Notes under the pieces: model-generated
What the model was told of the DNA's origin: nothing
What the model saw: only the letters and a program-made list of their open reading frames with translations
The model's database searches: none
Shown here: positions 50,830 through 62,206 of the stretch, one piece after another
Layout of the letters: every line of letters starts with the position of its first letter
How positions within the stretch are numbered: position 1 is the stretch's first letter
Made by a program: the position numbers and the translations under genes
NCBI GenBank assembly: GCA_963765765.1
Contig: CAVXYC010000025.1
Location: 1-64,000 of the forward strand
Direction: 5' to 3'
DNA: 64,000 nt
Source: an uncultured Chloroflexia bacterium
GTDB lineage: Bacteria; Chloroflexota; UBA6077; JACCZL01

Positions 50830-51107
50830 TATCTTTCATTCACGATGGCCCGTCGGCTGCCAGTCCTCGACGGGCTGTCGCCAACAAGTCACCGCGCGTA
50901 TTGCGAGCGGAGACACCCCGGGTCGCGGAGCCGCACACTCGATGGCAGCTAACGTCCATTGGCCGTCATCCCTCGACCCAGTTCCAGACGGCACAAGCAG
51001 ATTTCACCTCATCGATCTTTATCGGCTCCACTCCCGACACTCTCGGGAGCGTGCTCAGCAGCCTCTCGCCACATCGTCGCGGCCTCGTCTGTGGTGAGAA
51101 CTGACCC

Positions 51108-51389
51108 TCAACGGGTTACTTCCGAGCGGTCCGGCCGCGTTGCACTCTGGTCGCTGTACAGCCCGTCAAGCCGAATCTGGTCACGCTCGAATTGGACCAG
51201 GCGCCTGCGATGTTCCGGTCCATCGATGATAGTGGAGCGTTTCTGATTGTCATGCCCACAGAGCATGCATTTACTCCCGACGTCAAGGCCGTTCGGCTGA
51301 CCCTCGTCGGCAGCCAACTCCTGCAGCATTGCGCCACTACAGCGCGCGCATCGAGTCATCGCCGCCCTCAGATTGTCATGCTGATCCAC
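51108..51389 (-). CDS. Small zinc-ribbon hypothetical protein
   Basis: CARC...CMLCG pairs. Confidence 0.5.
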   Translation of the reverse strand: MDQHDNLRAAMTRCARCSGAMLQELAADEGQPNGLDVGSKCMLCGHDNQKRSTIIDGPEHRRRLVQFERDQIRLDGLYSDQSATRPDRSEVTR

Positions 51390-51413
51390 AGTTGGGCCCT
51401 CGCAATCCGCAGG

Positions 51414-51626
51414 TCATCGTTTCGCCGCTAGAGCCGGGTCCCAGCTCAGAGCAATGGGACCGCCACAGTGCTCGTGGCCGGATTGAGTGCGGTCACAGCC
51501 GAAGCTCCGTGAACACATCTGACACGTGACCTCGCCGGTCGAGCCATCGTGAATCAACATCGATGCGTTGCAGTTCGCGCAAGTTCCTGCAGTGAGTGAT
51601 GATCCAGGGGTTGTCTGTCTCGCCAT
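51414..51626 (-). CDS. Small zinc-ribbon hypothetical protein
   Basis: CANC...CQMCS pairs, GAAGGT RBS. Confidence 0.5.
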   Translation of the reverse strand: MARQTTPGSSLTAGTCANCNASMLIHDGSTGEVTCQMCSRSFGCDRTQSGHEHCGGPIALSWDPALAAKR

Positions 51627-52000
51627 CGTTACCTTCGTTTCTTCATGGGCGGATCAATAAAAAGTGACGATTCATAGTCGGAGTGAGTCTCAAGCTCGGT
51701 CCGCAGCTTTCGGTGACGGCCCATTCAACTGTCGCCCAGTCATTCGATGCTTCTGACGCATCAGCGTGTCAGGAGTGCGCGTCTTGCAGTGTCCCGGGCC
51801 CTCGGCCAGCTCGTCCAGGATGCTGATCCGTCTGTCCCCCTGAGTTGGCGGGCCATCCTGGACAGTATGCTCGGCCGTGAGATGCGCGACTTCAACCCGG
51901 TTGGTAGTTTGCTCGCCCCCAGGTCTTAGCGACGCGCGCCGCTGGGACACTCAACGCCTGAGACGAGTATATTTTAGCACAACGCGCTCATAGAAGTCGC

Positions 52001-52019
52001 ATTAGAATATCATTCTAAT
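52001..52019. promoter_or_regulatory. Palindromic operator-like site in an AT-rich divergent region
   Basis: ATTAGAAT-ATC-ATTCTAAT, a perfect 8-bp inverted repeat. Confidence 0.55.
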
Positions 52020-52595
52020 AACATGCTACTAACATTAGCGCCCTTGGCCGGGCATCGAATCCTGCTAAGAAGCTCATTGCTTCACGCAGAGATTCGAACA
52101 CCGCGAGGGTGGGAACCCATCAGCGGCGTGGATGTCTTCTCTTTTACCCTCACGGAGATCCCGGCGCGTGATGGGCACTGGCCGTTCGCTCATGGCGCAG
52201 CCGACGTAGAATGCTGCCATGAGTTGGCATGGTGACCGACTGCAGGAGCGCATGAGTGCTGGCGCTAGCTATGAGGACGCCGAGCGGACTATCCGAATGG
52301 AAGAGACCGAGGCAAAGCAGTTGAAGCTGCGAGAGCGTAACCAGCACGCAAAGCAGGATCGGAAAGATAAGGCGCTGAAGGCAACTGTGTCGCACGATCA
52401 AAAGATGGATCATTCTGTCGGCGTCCCGTGGCGAAGGTACTCCGAGATAAGGGGATACGGACGTGTCGTTTTACACGTCGGTCACCGAGTCCCTCACGCC
52501 TGAAGTGTTCGTGCTATCAGCGGCGGACGGCTCGTCTACGTACGCCTCTGAAGAAGCTGACTTTGGTCACCCATGTTCGCTGGTGGATGAGAGTT

Positions 52596-53172
52596 TCAGG
52601 CGCGGATCTCTCGCAGCGTCTGCTCAATCTCAGCCCTGGACGGTAAACCCGCCAGAGCGACCGGTACGTGCAAGCCGGATGGTGCCGTTCTGGTCGATGA
52701 TGAAGAAGCCATCATCGCTGCTCCAGCCCGCCTTCTCCTCTGGGGCAGGATTTGGACCCTGGCGGACTTCACGCATGAGATTTGGCGCCTCCATGGGGTT
52801 CCTCATCAGCACTTTCGCCTGGTCCCACATCGTTATTGGAAGCTGCTCCAGCCCGTAGGCTTGGGCAGTCTCCCGTAAAGGGTCACACAGGTAAGGGAAC
52901 GCCAGTGAATAGTTGGAGAAATAGAACGCCGCTCGCTCGACCGACGTTGGAGTCACCTCGAGTACCTCGGCGTTAAGCTCCCGCAAGGTGGGATATCCGA
53001 CTGTGAGATGAGCGCGGTGCCGTCGACACATGGGGCAGCCTAATCCGCGCGAGAACCAGACGACGGCTGGGCCATGAGACAGGCAATCCGAAAGCGCAAT
53101 CTCGCGATTGTCCGCGGTTGGCAGTCGAAAGTCCTGGGCTTCACATCCAGTTAGTTCGCTTGCTGAAGCCAT
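52596..53172 (-). CDS. Redoxin/AhpC-TSA family protein (C-terminal frameshift)
   Basis: DFRLP, GLGCPMCRRH, FPYLCDP, FIIDQNGTIR. The true C-terminus GLPSRAEIEQTLREIRA* lies in the shifted frame. Confidence 0.82.
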
Positions 53173-53218
53173 ACCGGCACCTTCTTCATAACTGCGAGCA
53201 CAAGACAGTATGTTGCCC

Positions 53219-56200
53219 TCAGTAGAGGAACGGGGTTACGAACATATCGTCTGGCGAAATTCCCGCGCGAGCGCACACATCCTGGCTGCGCGTCATGAAT
53301 TCGCCCGCGCGCTGTTCGTCACCTTGCTCGAGGTAGAGGGTCGCGAGGCCATCGTAGCACGGGAATAATATCTGCGGATCATCGAGCTCGCGTGCCAGGT
53401 CCAGCGCTTCAAGATATGTGCGTTCGGCCCCTTTTGCGTTACCGTGGCACTGCTGGACCTGGGCGAGCACAATCATTGGCACGGGCAGGTGGGATCGCAA
53501 TCCAAGCTGACGGTCAAGGGTGATCGACCTCTCGGCATGTTCGACTGCTCCCTCATAGTCACCGGAGCACGCGTGGTAGCTGGACGCGAGCGTGGCGTGC
53601 AGCCAGGAGGCGCACACCGCATCGCCCACCCGGCGGGCCATCTCGAGCCCGCGGTCGCCCACTTCAGAGGCTCGGCTGGGATCAGTGGCCGAATAGAGCA
53701 CGGCCAGGTTGATATACGCTCGCCCGGCCACCGCGGGAAGATTGAGCGTCAGTGCCTTATCGAGTGCCGCCTCGACCGCGGCGATCCCCGCATTGAGATC
53801 GCCCTGTCTGGCCAGCGCGAGGCCAAGCGTGCACTCAGCGTCGCAGGCGGCTCGCATGGCCCCGACACTCTCGGTAATCTCCAGTGCTCGGCGCGCCCAC
53901 TCAGCTGCGCCGACGGCATCGCCGAGATGAAACGCCAGACGAGCCAGCTCCTGATAGAGCTCCGCGTGCTGTGGTCCGTTGGGTAAATCCTGCAGCAGCC
54001 GAAGCGCAACGTCGAATGATTCGCGCGCCGCCGGGCAGCTCGCCTCGAGCGAATAACGCGACGCCCATGGCGCGGCGCACGTCGGCGAGCGTTCGGGCTT
54101 CTCCATGTTTCTCGTACACATCGGCTGCCCAACGCCAGTGCTCCAGGGCCGCATCGAAATTTCCATGGGCGGCTTCGGCCGGGGCAAGCAGCTCACACAC
54201 TGCTGCCTGGTCCAGCGGATCGGCTCCGAGACGCCGCAGGGATTCCAGCACCTTACCGTGGAGACGCGCGGCCTCGGCGTGGGCAAACATTGCCGTGGCT
54301 CGGTCCGCTGACTCACGCAGATAAGGAAGGGCCCGATCGAAGTCCGCGGCACGGTCGTAGTGCTCGGCGAGCATGGGGACGAACTCGGCCAGGCGGTCCT
54401 TATAGAGTTGCTGAATGGTTTCCGCGGCGTGGCGATGCAGCTCTTCACGAGACCGCATAAGCAAGCTCTCGTACGCAACGTCGCGGACCAGATTGTGTCG
54501 AAAGCGGATCGTCTCGCCGTCCTGGATGAGGAGATCGGCGCGGACCAGCGTGCTCAGCAGCTCGTCCAGGTTTCGCGCCGCGGACGCATATGCCGAGAGC
54601 AGACGCAGCTCAAAGCTCTGGCCCAGCACGGTCGCTTCTTGCAAGAGCCGCCGTTGTTCGGACGGAAGATCGTCGATACGCGATCGAATGACGCCCTCGA
54701 TTGTCTCCGGCACTTGCACGTCGGCCGCGTGCCGGGCCAGACGCCAGAAGCCCCCTTCCTGGCGCAACGCGTCGGTCTCAACCAGAGACCGGGCAAGTGC
54801 CTCTAGATAGAGCGGGTTGCCGCCCGCGCGGGTCAAAATGCGTCTGCGGAGATCGTCCGGCAGTACATCGTAGCTTCGGCCAAAGAAGTCGCGTAGGAGC
54901 TCCTCGCTTTCCTGTTCGGAGAGTGGCAGCAAAAGGATCGACGAAACGGCGACGCGCCCCTGGGAAGCGCCGAGAATCTCCGAGCCGGGGCGCTGGATGA
55001 AGACCATCAGGAGCGGCAGATTCTCAATACGCTCCACCAGGAAGCGAAGCATCTCCCGAGACTCTTCGTCCATCCAGTTCACGTCGTCGATGACAATGAC
55101 GAAGAGGAGCGCGTGCGGTCTGAAGAGCAATAAGCTGCTGAACCAGAAGGAAAAGTCGCTGCTTCCCTTGCTCTGGGGCAACATACAGGCGGTCCCATCG
55201 AGCGGCGCCCGCCGGGTTCGCGCTGATGAGCTGCACGAGCGGCTCCAGACGCGCGATATCGGTATTGAGGTCGGCGGCAACCGACTCCAGACGGGAGCGA
55301 ACGAGCTCGCTGTGGGCATCAGGCGCAAGTCCCAACGTCGCACGGAGAAGCTGGCACGTGAGCTCATGGCTTTGACGATGCTCCTGCCGACATGTGAAGT
55401 GCCAGATCGTAGGCGAAGCTGCCGCGTGATCCAATGGCGGCACCTGCTCCGCAATCTCGCGCAGAAACTCGGTGGAGAGTCTGGTCTTTCCCAGACCGGC
55501 TTCCCCAATGACGCTCACTACTTGAGGTCGGCTCCGAATGCTCCGTTGGAAACACGCCTGGAGCTGTGCCAGCTCCTCGTCTCGTCCAATCAAGGGCGCG
55601 TGCCAGTCGGTGCGCCTGCCTGACGGCTCGGACAGCTCGGAAGTCAGCTCGAATACGACGAGCGGCCCAGATTTCCCCTTCACCTCAACCGGCGGCAGGG
55701 AGCGAAATTCGAACAGCCCCTGAGTAAGTCGCTGGGTTGACTCGCCCACCAGGATCCCGCCCGGCTCAGCGGCCGCCATCAGTCGCGCGGCAACATTCAC
55801 GACGTCGCCCATCACGGTGTACTCGCTGCGCTCCGCGCCGCCCACGATACCGGCCACTACCAGCCCAGTGTTGACCCCGATGCGCAATCGCGGATGCACA
55901 TCCCGACGCTTCTCCAGCTCGCCGGACAGGATCTCCAGCTCGCGTTGAACTTCGAGACTCGCCCTGAGGGCGCGGGGTGGATCGTCCTCGTGAGCGTTTG
56001 GCGCGCCGAAGAGTGCCAGCAGGCCATCGCCAGTGAGCTTGTTCACTGAGCCACCATGCTGGTCTATCACCGCGACGGCACGACCCAAGCAGTCGTTGAT
56101 GATCTCAGTCACGATCTCGGGGTCCATCCGCTCGGACATTGCGGTGAAGCCGGCCATATCCGCGAAGAGAACTGTGACAGTGCGACGCTCACCTTCGATG

Positions 56201-56439
56201 GGCGGAGCGGCGGTCGCGGGCGTTATCGGTGAGGTAGCCTGTTGCGTACCGGAAGGCGTGATGTTGGATGCAGCCGCCGCACCAGCATCAGCCAGCGCCG
56301 TGCCGCACTCATTGCAGAACTTGGCCGTGGCTGCGTTTGGAAACTGGCAGCTCGGACAGGTGCGAGGTAGGCGCGCGCCGCATTCGCTGCAGAATTTAGC
56401 GGTGGTCGGATTCTCCGACTGGCAGGCCTCGCAGCGCAC
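53219..56439 (-). CDS. Double zinc ribbon plus class III adenylate/guanylate cyclase plus AAA ATPase plus TPR protein (frameshifted into three pieces)
   Basis: CEAC..CSEC..CPSC..CNEC, ERRTVTVLFADMAGFT, GDGLLALFG, MGDVVNVAARL, GEAGLGKT, DDVNWMD, GGNPLY, TPR tail. Confidence 0.92.
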
Positions 56440-56809
56440 CGAACGCTCTCCTTGCCGGGTGCATATGGTTCGACAATCTTACTGCAAGGTCGCCTTCGGC
56501 CCGTCTATTTAGGGATCGCGAGAACGTCGGCCGGAATCTAGAGTGGAACGTCAGATCCATCTGCAATCTGAGCTCACCGCCGATCTTGGCGCGAGATTCC
56601 GTATTACAGAACCCTGATCGGCACAGGGAACCCGGGGCCCCTGGTGGACCGTCCGTTCTCGTCAACCAAAATAAGCCTCTTCCAATGCAGGCTGCGGCTT
56701 ATTGTCGCGGGCGTACACTGCGCTTCGAGACCGGAATCCCCCAATGGGGCTTGCGGCTTGTCAGCGATTGTGAGAGACTGCACGGACCTTCATGGGCAAG
56801 CGAGGGGCA

Positions 56810-58599
56810 TGGTTTGACCAGATCCGCGGCGAGACGAGTGATGATTCTCAGCGCTGTCGTACTGGCGGCTTTCTCCGTCGCACTCATCTCGAGTGCCAGG
56901 CTGGGAGCCCTCGGGGGAGCGACCGTCTCTGCTCAGACGGGCGCACGCGTCGTGAACTCGAACGACTACGTGGCGTCGCGCGGCGCCCTGGCGATCCAGG
57001 CGGCGATTGACGATGTCAATGGAACGGGTGGCGGCGCGGTGTATGTCCCGGCCGGGACCCACCTGCTCGATCAGAAGGTGCGGCTGTACTCGAACATTAC
57101 GCTGTTTGGCGACGGCATGGATGCCACGATCCTGCGTTTCCGCGACGGTGCCCCGTTGGACCACATGGTGTCCAATGACGAGCTCAGCACGCGGGACAAG
57201 AACATCGTGATTCGCGACTTGACCTTGTCCGGACCGGGCGCGGCCTCGGGTAAGTACTTCGGACTCCGGTTGGTCAACGTCTCCGACTCGACAGTGGTCA
57301 ACGTCGCGAGCGATGGCCACGGCTTAGACGGGTTCTATCTCGGCTACTACAACAATCACGGCGTCAATAACGTCCGCTTGAGCGGTTGCCGCGCGACGAA
57401 CAACGGTCGCAACGGCATCTCTCTGACGCACGGCAGCGACAATATCATCGACGGCTGTCGGGTGGAGAACAACAACCTCGTCGAGACAGTCGCCGGGATC
57501 GACCTGGAGCCGGACCAGTCCCAGAGGGTATCGAGCAACATGGTGGTGAGCAACGTCACTCGGAGCCAGAACGTCGGTATCCAGCTCTACTCGCCGGACC
57601 GCCGGGCATACGTGCAGGGGAGCAACGCGATCTGCACGAATACGGCCCGATATAACAACAGCGCGGGCATCTGGGATTACAACGGCACCAAGAACATCTA
57701 TGTCGACAACTCGGCAGCGGACAACGGTGGCGGTAGCCAGGTCAATATCGTGGTCGATGGAAGCGCCGACTTCAGCAGCGACGCGGGCAGGTACTGCCAG
57801 CTCCCGACCCTTCCGAGTCCGCCGCCAAAGCCCGCGACCACCATTACTCCGACGGCGACCCTCACGCCGACCGGGACGCCGACGACCGGATCCGGAACGA
57901 CGCTGAGCGCGACTCCGACGACCGTGGCACCGAGCGGGACGGCCACGGTGAGCTGGGCCGGGATCGCCAACCCGACGACGACCGACTGGATCGGGCTTTA
58001 CTGGGTGGGTGCCGTCGACACCTCCAACCTGGACTGGAAATACGTGAGTTGCAGCCGGAACCCGGACACCGCGCTGGCATCCGGCTCGTGTACGTTTACC
58101 ATGCCGACCACCGCGGACAATTTCGAATTCCGGTTGTTCGCCAACGACGGCGTCACCCGGCTGAGCAAGGTCCAACACCGTCACCGTGAGCTCGGCGAGC
58201 AGCTCGACTCCCACGCCGACCGTCACGGCCACCGCTACACCCACGCGCACCGCGACGCCGACTAGCACCATCGTCGCCGCGACGAATACGCCCAGGCGCA
58301 CGCCGACTTCGGTTACGAGTGTCCCCGCCAAACCGGTGGGGCTCTCTGCTCAGGTGCGCAAGGGATTCATCCGCCTAAGCTGGACGGCCAGCTCAGACTC
58401 AGGAGCCACCTATAACGTCTATCGGGGGAGTGCGAGCGGGGGTGTCAAGGGCCAAATCGCCCCGGGGCTCAGCGCGAACCGGTTCGACGATGATGATCGA
58501 GACCTCGTGCTAGGGACGACCTATTTCTATCAGGTCAGCGCGGTGAACGCAGTCGGCGAGAGCGTGCTATCTGACGAAGTGTCCGCGATGGCAGAGTAA
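56810..58599 (+). CDS. Secreted right-handed beta-helix (pectate-lyase/GH28-like) protein with Thr-rich linkers, an Ig-like domain and an FN3 domain (frameshift near 58170)
   Basis: Signal peptide, AIQAAID..GGGAVYVPAG, Asn-ladder repeats, PT-rich linkers, DWIGLY, LSWTAS..YNVYRG..YFYQVSAVNAVGES. Start position is approximate. Confidence 0.8.
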
Positions 58600-58637
58600 T
58601 CGCGGTGAAGAATTCAAGGATGCGACAAGAGGGAATC

Positions 58638-59126
58638 ATGGGACGAAGCATGCAGCGGCGTAGAATTGTGCTCGTGGGGGCCGCGCTTCTTGTGGGACTC
58701 GGTCTGCCTGCCGCCTGGGCCGGCCCGTCGCTCGCCAGTGCGTCCTGGCTCAATCCGGGCGATGCCCACGGGTCATTGCTCCAGCCTGTCGTTCCCCCCG
58801 GGCCACCCGAGCAAGCGGCGCGATCTCTCACGCTGGAGTCCAGCGGGACCGAGCTCCCGACCGGACAAAGCGCGAGGCTCACGGCTCGGGCTAACCGCTC
58901 CGAGGGTGAAAAATTCGCCATCGTCATCCGGCGCGAGGCCGGACACCTCGGCTCCGGCTTGGAGGCCACGTGCTGGTCACAGCCGGTCTGCACAACAGAG
59001 ACCAAGGCCGACCGGCCATCCTCCGCTCACTTCGCGGCAATCCTCTACCGCTGTGACCAGCAGGGTGTTTGCATCCTGGAAGAGGACCCAAGCGAAGCGA
59101 ACAAGGTACGCGTGACCTGGAAATAG
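58638..59126 (+). CDS. Secreted hypothetical protein with two Cys pairs
   Basis: RRR plus hydrophobic signal peptide, CWSQPVC and CDQQGVC. Confidence 0.65.
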   Translation: MGRSMQRRRIVLVGAALLVGLGLPAAWAGPSLASASWLNPGDAHGSLLQPVVPPGPPEQAARSLTLESSGTELPTGQSARLTARANRSEGEKFAIVIRREAGHLGSGLEATCWSQPVCTTETKADRPSSAHFAAILYRCDQQGVCILEEDPSEANKVRVTWK

Positions 59127-59145
59127 CCGCGCGGCCAATGCTCGT

Positions 59146-59700
59146 TCACGAGGAGCTGACCGCCGGGATGCCGAACTCGACCTCGAGCACCTGGAGCACT
59201 AGGTCCCGGGCGTCGGCCGGCACGTCGAACAGGACGCGTACCTCGGACGTTTCAAGGCTCTGAACCGTCTCGCCGGTCACCAGTCCGCGTTCAATCCTCG
59301 CCGTCTCAGGGCTCGGCCCGAACGTGCGCCCGTCACCGGTTCTGACCGCGAAATCCCTCAGCGAGTACTCCGATTCCCGGCTCTGGATGTTTCTGACCCG
59401 CACGTCAGCCGCTAATAGGGAACCGCGGACCTCGGACGTCCCCGAAGGGCTGGATGACGCCCCCTGGTACGGAGCGAAATCCAGCAGCGTCACTTCCCAG
59501 CCCTGCAGCTTTACCGTCTCGCCGATCCGAGCTAACGGCGAATCGCCGTCGGTCTCCGGAGCGGGCGGCTTGGGAAGCTGTTGTCCGGGGATCACACCCC
59601 GGGCGGCAACCAGGATCACGACACCGATCAGCACGGCGGCGGCCAGGCCGCCGAGCGCCAGGCTTCGCCCCAGAAACTGTCGACGGCTATCTTGGCTCAT
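59146..59700 (-). CDS. Membrane-anchored DUF4352-like Ig-fold protein
   Basis: N-terminal TM, IGETVK..WEVTL, DVRVRN, DFAVRTGDG, VLFDVPA. Confidence 0.7.
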   Translation of the reverse strand: MSQDSRRQFLGRSLALGGLAAAVLIGVVILVAARGVIPGQQLPKPPAPETDGDSPLARIGETVKLQGWEVTLLDFAPYQGASSSPSGTSEVRGSLLAADVRVRNIQSRESEYSLRDFAVRTGDGRTFGPSPETARIERGLVTGETVQSLETSEVRVLFDVPADARDLVLQVLEVEFGIPAVSSS

Positions 59701-59926
59701 AGCGTCCGTCGAAATATGCGCCGTTGGCTACGATCTGTCATGTGTCAATTGTCTACGCTCACGCTCTACAGTTGGCGTGCTCCACCAGTCAACCGCGAGC
59801 CCAATGCAGGCCGTGCTATGAGAGTTGGCCCATGAAGGCTTTTCCCTATGCGGATTACGGCAGCTGGATGCTCTAGTGAGTAGCGTGCGACCTACCGTAC
59901 CGTCGAGAAGCTACCTGTCAACAACG

Positions 59927-60424
59927 CTATTCCGGGGCCGGTGACAGCGGAGCGACCGTTGGGTTAGTACAAGTCGGTCCATCCGCGGGCGGTTGCTCCG
60001 GCACGGTGACGGTGCCATTAAACTCAGCGAACTCTACTTCCGGATCGGCTGCTAGGGCCGCGAGGCGCTCGCCCACCGTTCCGGGCGGGACCGCGAGCAG
60101 ATAGACCTGGATACTGGGGATGCTTCCGACGATCGTTGCCCCGTGGCGAGCGGCGACCGCGACGGGATCGACCCCAGGACGAAATTTGACAAGCAGCTCA
60201 CCAGGGGAATCGAGAGACAGCGGCCCAAGGTGATTACCCTGAAGGGCCAGGGCTCGGGCTGCTCCGGGCTGCGAGAGCCAGGCAAGCGTCAATGACACCA
60301 GGATTAGTCCCACAATCTGGCGTCTCCAGATAATCGTTGCCGCCCACCCCAGACCCATTGGCGAAATTAGCAGCGCGCGACGTTGCGCACTGCCTGGCAG
60401 GCGTTCACGCGTCCGTGCGCCCAC
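59927..60424 (-). CDS. Stand-alone subtilase (fervidolysin-like) prodomain protein, secreted
   Basis: PGELLVKFRPG...DPEVEFAEFN mirrors the AGEILVGFKK...EPKVAFAEVN prodomain of the neighbouring S8. No catalytic domain. The start is probably downstream of 60424. Confidence 0.72.
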   Translation of the reverse strand: MGARTRERLPGSAQRRALLISPMGLGWAATIIWRRQIVGLILVSLTLAWLSQPGAARALALQGNHLGPLSLDSPGELLVKFRPGVDPVAVAARHGATIVGSIPSIQVYLLAVPPGTVGERLAALAADPEVEFAEFNGTVTVPEQPPADGPTCTNPTVAPLSPAPE

Positions 60425-61668
60425 GAGTCTCGGAAGTTGGATCCCGTTCTTCCGATGGGGTCAGCCCGATTCTCGATTCGACCGCGCACGCATGTATTCG
60501 ACGCACAATCAGTACCTCGCGAGAATACGAGGGCGGCGATACCGGCGACATGTGGGCTGGCCATACTCGTACCATTCCAGGACTCGTAGCTGCCGCTTTT
60601 CACCGTGCTCAGGATGCCTGCGCCGGGCGCGGCCACATCAACCCAATTACCGCCCCAGTTTGAGAAACTTGCCCGTCCATCGCGGCTGGTGGTTGCGGCG
60701 ACGGCGATGACGTTGGCATAGGCCGCGGGATAGAAACCCCAATTCTGCCCGTCGTTACCTGCAGCGGCCACCAGCACTACTTCCTTGTCTTTCCAGGCGT
60801 AATTGACCGCAGTCTCAACTGCCTGGGAGAGCGCATAGGCCCCGAAACTCATGTTGATTACTTTCGCACCCTCGTCCGCCGCTTTCGTGATTCCCGCGGC
60901 GATGTCAAACCAGTCTCCGCTGCCCGTGTTATCAAGAACTTTATAGTCCCAGATCGGGCATTCAGGACACGTTCCCGCGCCGCCCGTTCCGTTGTTTGTT
61001 GCCGCTCCGGCTGTTCCCGCGACGTGGGTGCCGTGTCCGTAGACATCGCCAATTCCAGAGCGGGTGAAGTCCTCCTGGCGGGTCACTTTACTGCTCAGAT
61101 CCGGATGTGACTTCGTTGTACCGGTATCAAGAATTGCGATAGCCGGCGCCGCTGATCGGGTCGCGTCGGTCCACGCCTCGAAGGCGTCGATGTCGGCATC
61201 CTGGCTGTTGTTATATCCCCATTGCTTGCTTACCAGAGGGTCATTGGGTGCCGGGGGAGCCGGGGTGACTGGCGCGACGGGTTTCACCTGGGCGTAATAC
61301 CGGCCGTTCACCTCGGCGAATGCAACCTTTGGCTCCTTACGGTACTCCGCCGCCTGCTCCTTCTCCTTGCCGCGCGGTGCGGTCACGAGCTCGGTATTGA
61401 GGTTGGGGAGCTCTTTCTTGACACTCGCGCCGCGGCGCTGGTGGACTTCGCTCTTGTCCTTTTCGGACGCATCCTTCTTGAAACCCACCAGGATCTCGCC
61501 GGCCGCGAAGGTGGGCGGGTCTTGGCCCGGTGTCCCGAGCTCGGGCCTATTCTGCTCGGGCTCGCTGGGTTTGGCAACGACAGGCGCGGCCGGCGAAAGA
61601 GCGGATATCGATAGGAGCAGCGCTGCAGCAGTGAAGCCGAGGCGGGTCAACAGGGCGGAAGATGTCAT
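60367..61668 (-). CDS. S8 subtilisin/thermitase-like serine peptidase
   Basis: Signal peptide, prodomain, catalytic IAILDTG, HGTHVAG, AAAGND, GTSMASPHVAG. Confidence 0.95.
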   Translation of the reverse strand: MTSSALLTRLGFTAAALLLSISALSPAAPVVAKPSEPEQNRPELGTPGQDPPTFAAGEILVGFKKDASEKDKSEVHQRRGASVKKELPNLNTELVTAPRGKEKEQAAEYRKEPKVAFAEVNGRYYAQVKPVAPVTPAPPAPNDPLVSKQWGYNNSQDADIDAFEAWTDATRSAAPAIAILDTGTTKSHPDLSSKVTRQEDFTRSGIGDVYGHGTHVAGTAGAATNNGTGGAGTCPECPIWDYKVLDNTGSGDWFDIAAGITKAADEGAKVINMSFGAYALSQAVETAVNYAWKDKEVVLVAAAGNDGQNWGFYPAAYANVIAVAATTSRDGRASFSNWGGNWVDVAAPGAGILSTVKSGSYESWNGTSMASPHVAGIAALVFSRGTDCASNTCVRGRIENRADPIGRTGSNFRDSWAHGRVNACQAVRNVARC

Positions 61669-62206
61669 AGAGCTTCCCGGTCCAAACGCCGCAGGAATTT
61701 CAGCAGCACGGCGCGGACGCCATTGTAACGCGTGCCCCACGGCTGTCAAGAGTCACGTTCTAGTCAATCCACCGCGATCGTCGAATGCGTCACTTGAAGC
61801 GCGAAGCCAGAGCGGCATTGAGTGTCGCGTGAGATCGCTGATATGGATGCAGAGACCACTTGGGTTGTGCGCCCTAGAACCTTGAACCCAGGAATTGCAC
61901 CCAGCCCGCGGTGCCCACTGAATTGCATCCCTGCTCTGGGCGGAGCAAATCGTAGTGGCGTGCTCCACCACAGACTGATTCCTGGGCGTAAGGCCGGTCT
62001 CCGAGTAGCGCATCTCCAGCAGGCAAAGGAAAAGTGCCATGACAGTGCGTTCTGGCGCCATCGACTAGCTGGACGTGTTCACCGCCCATGCGTTGTTTTG
62101 ACGGTGAGATGCCGATACCATCACGCACGGAACGCTGCTCGCCTTGGGCCGTGGTGTCGGTCCGGTAAGGGGCCGCGGATCATGCGCTGAGCAGGGGAGA
62201 ATCTTT

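Noticed and set aside
61750-62200. Moco riboswitch upstream of the sulfite oxidase
   Set aside because: CTCCGAG is present, but I could not find the remaining conserved elements or the closing stem. An Infernal search would be needed.
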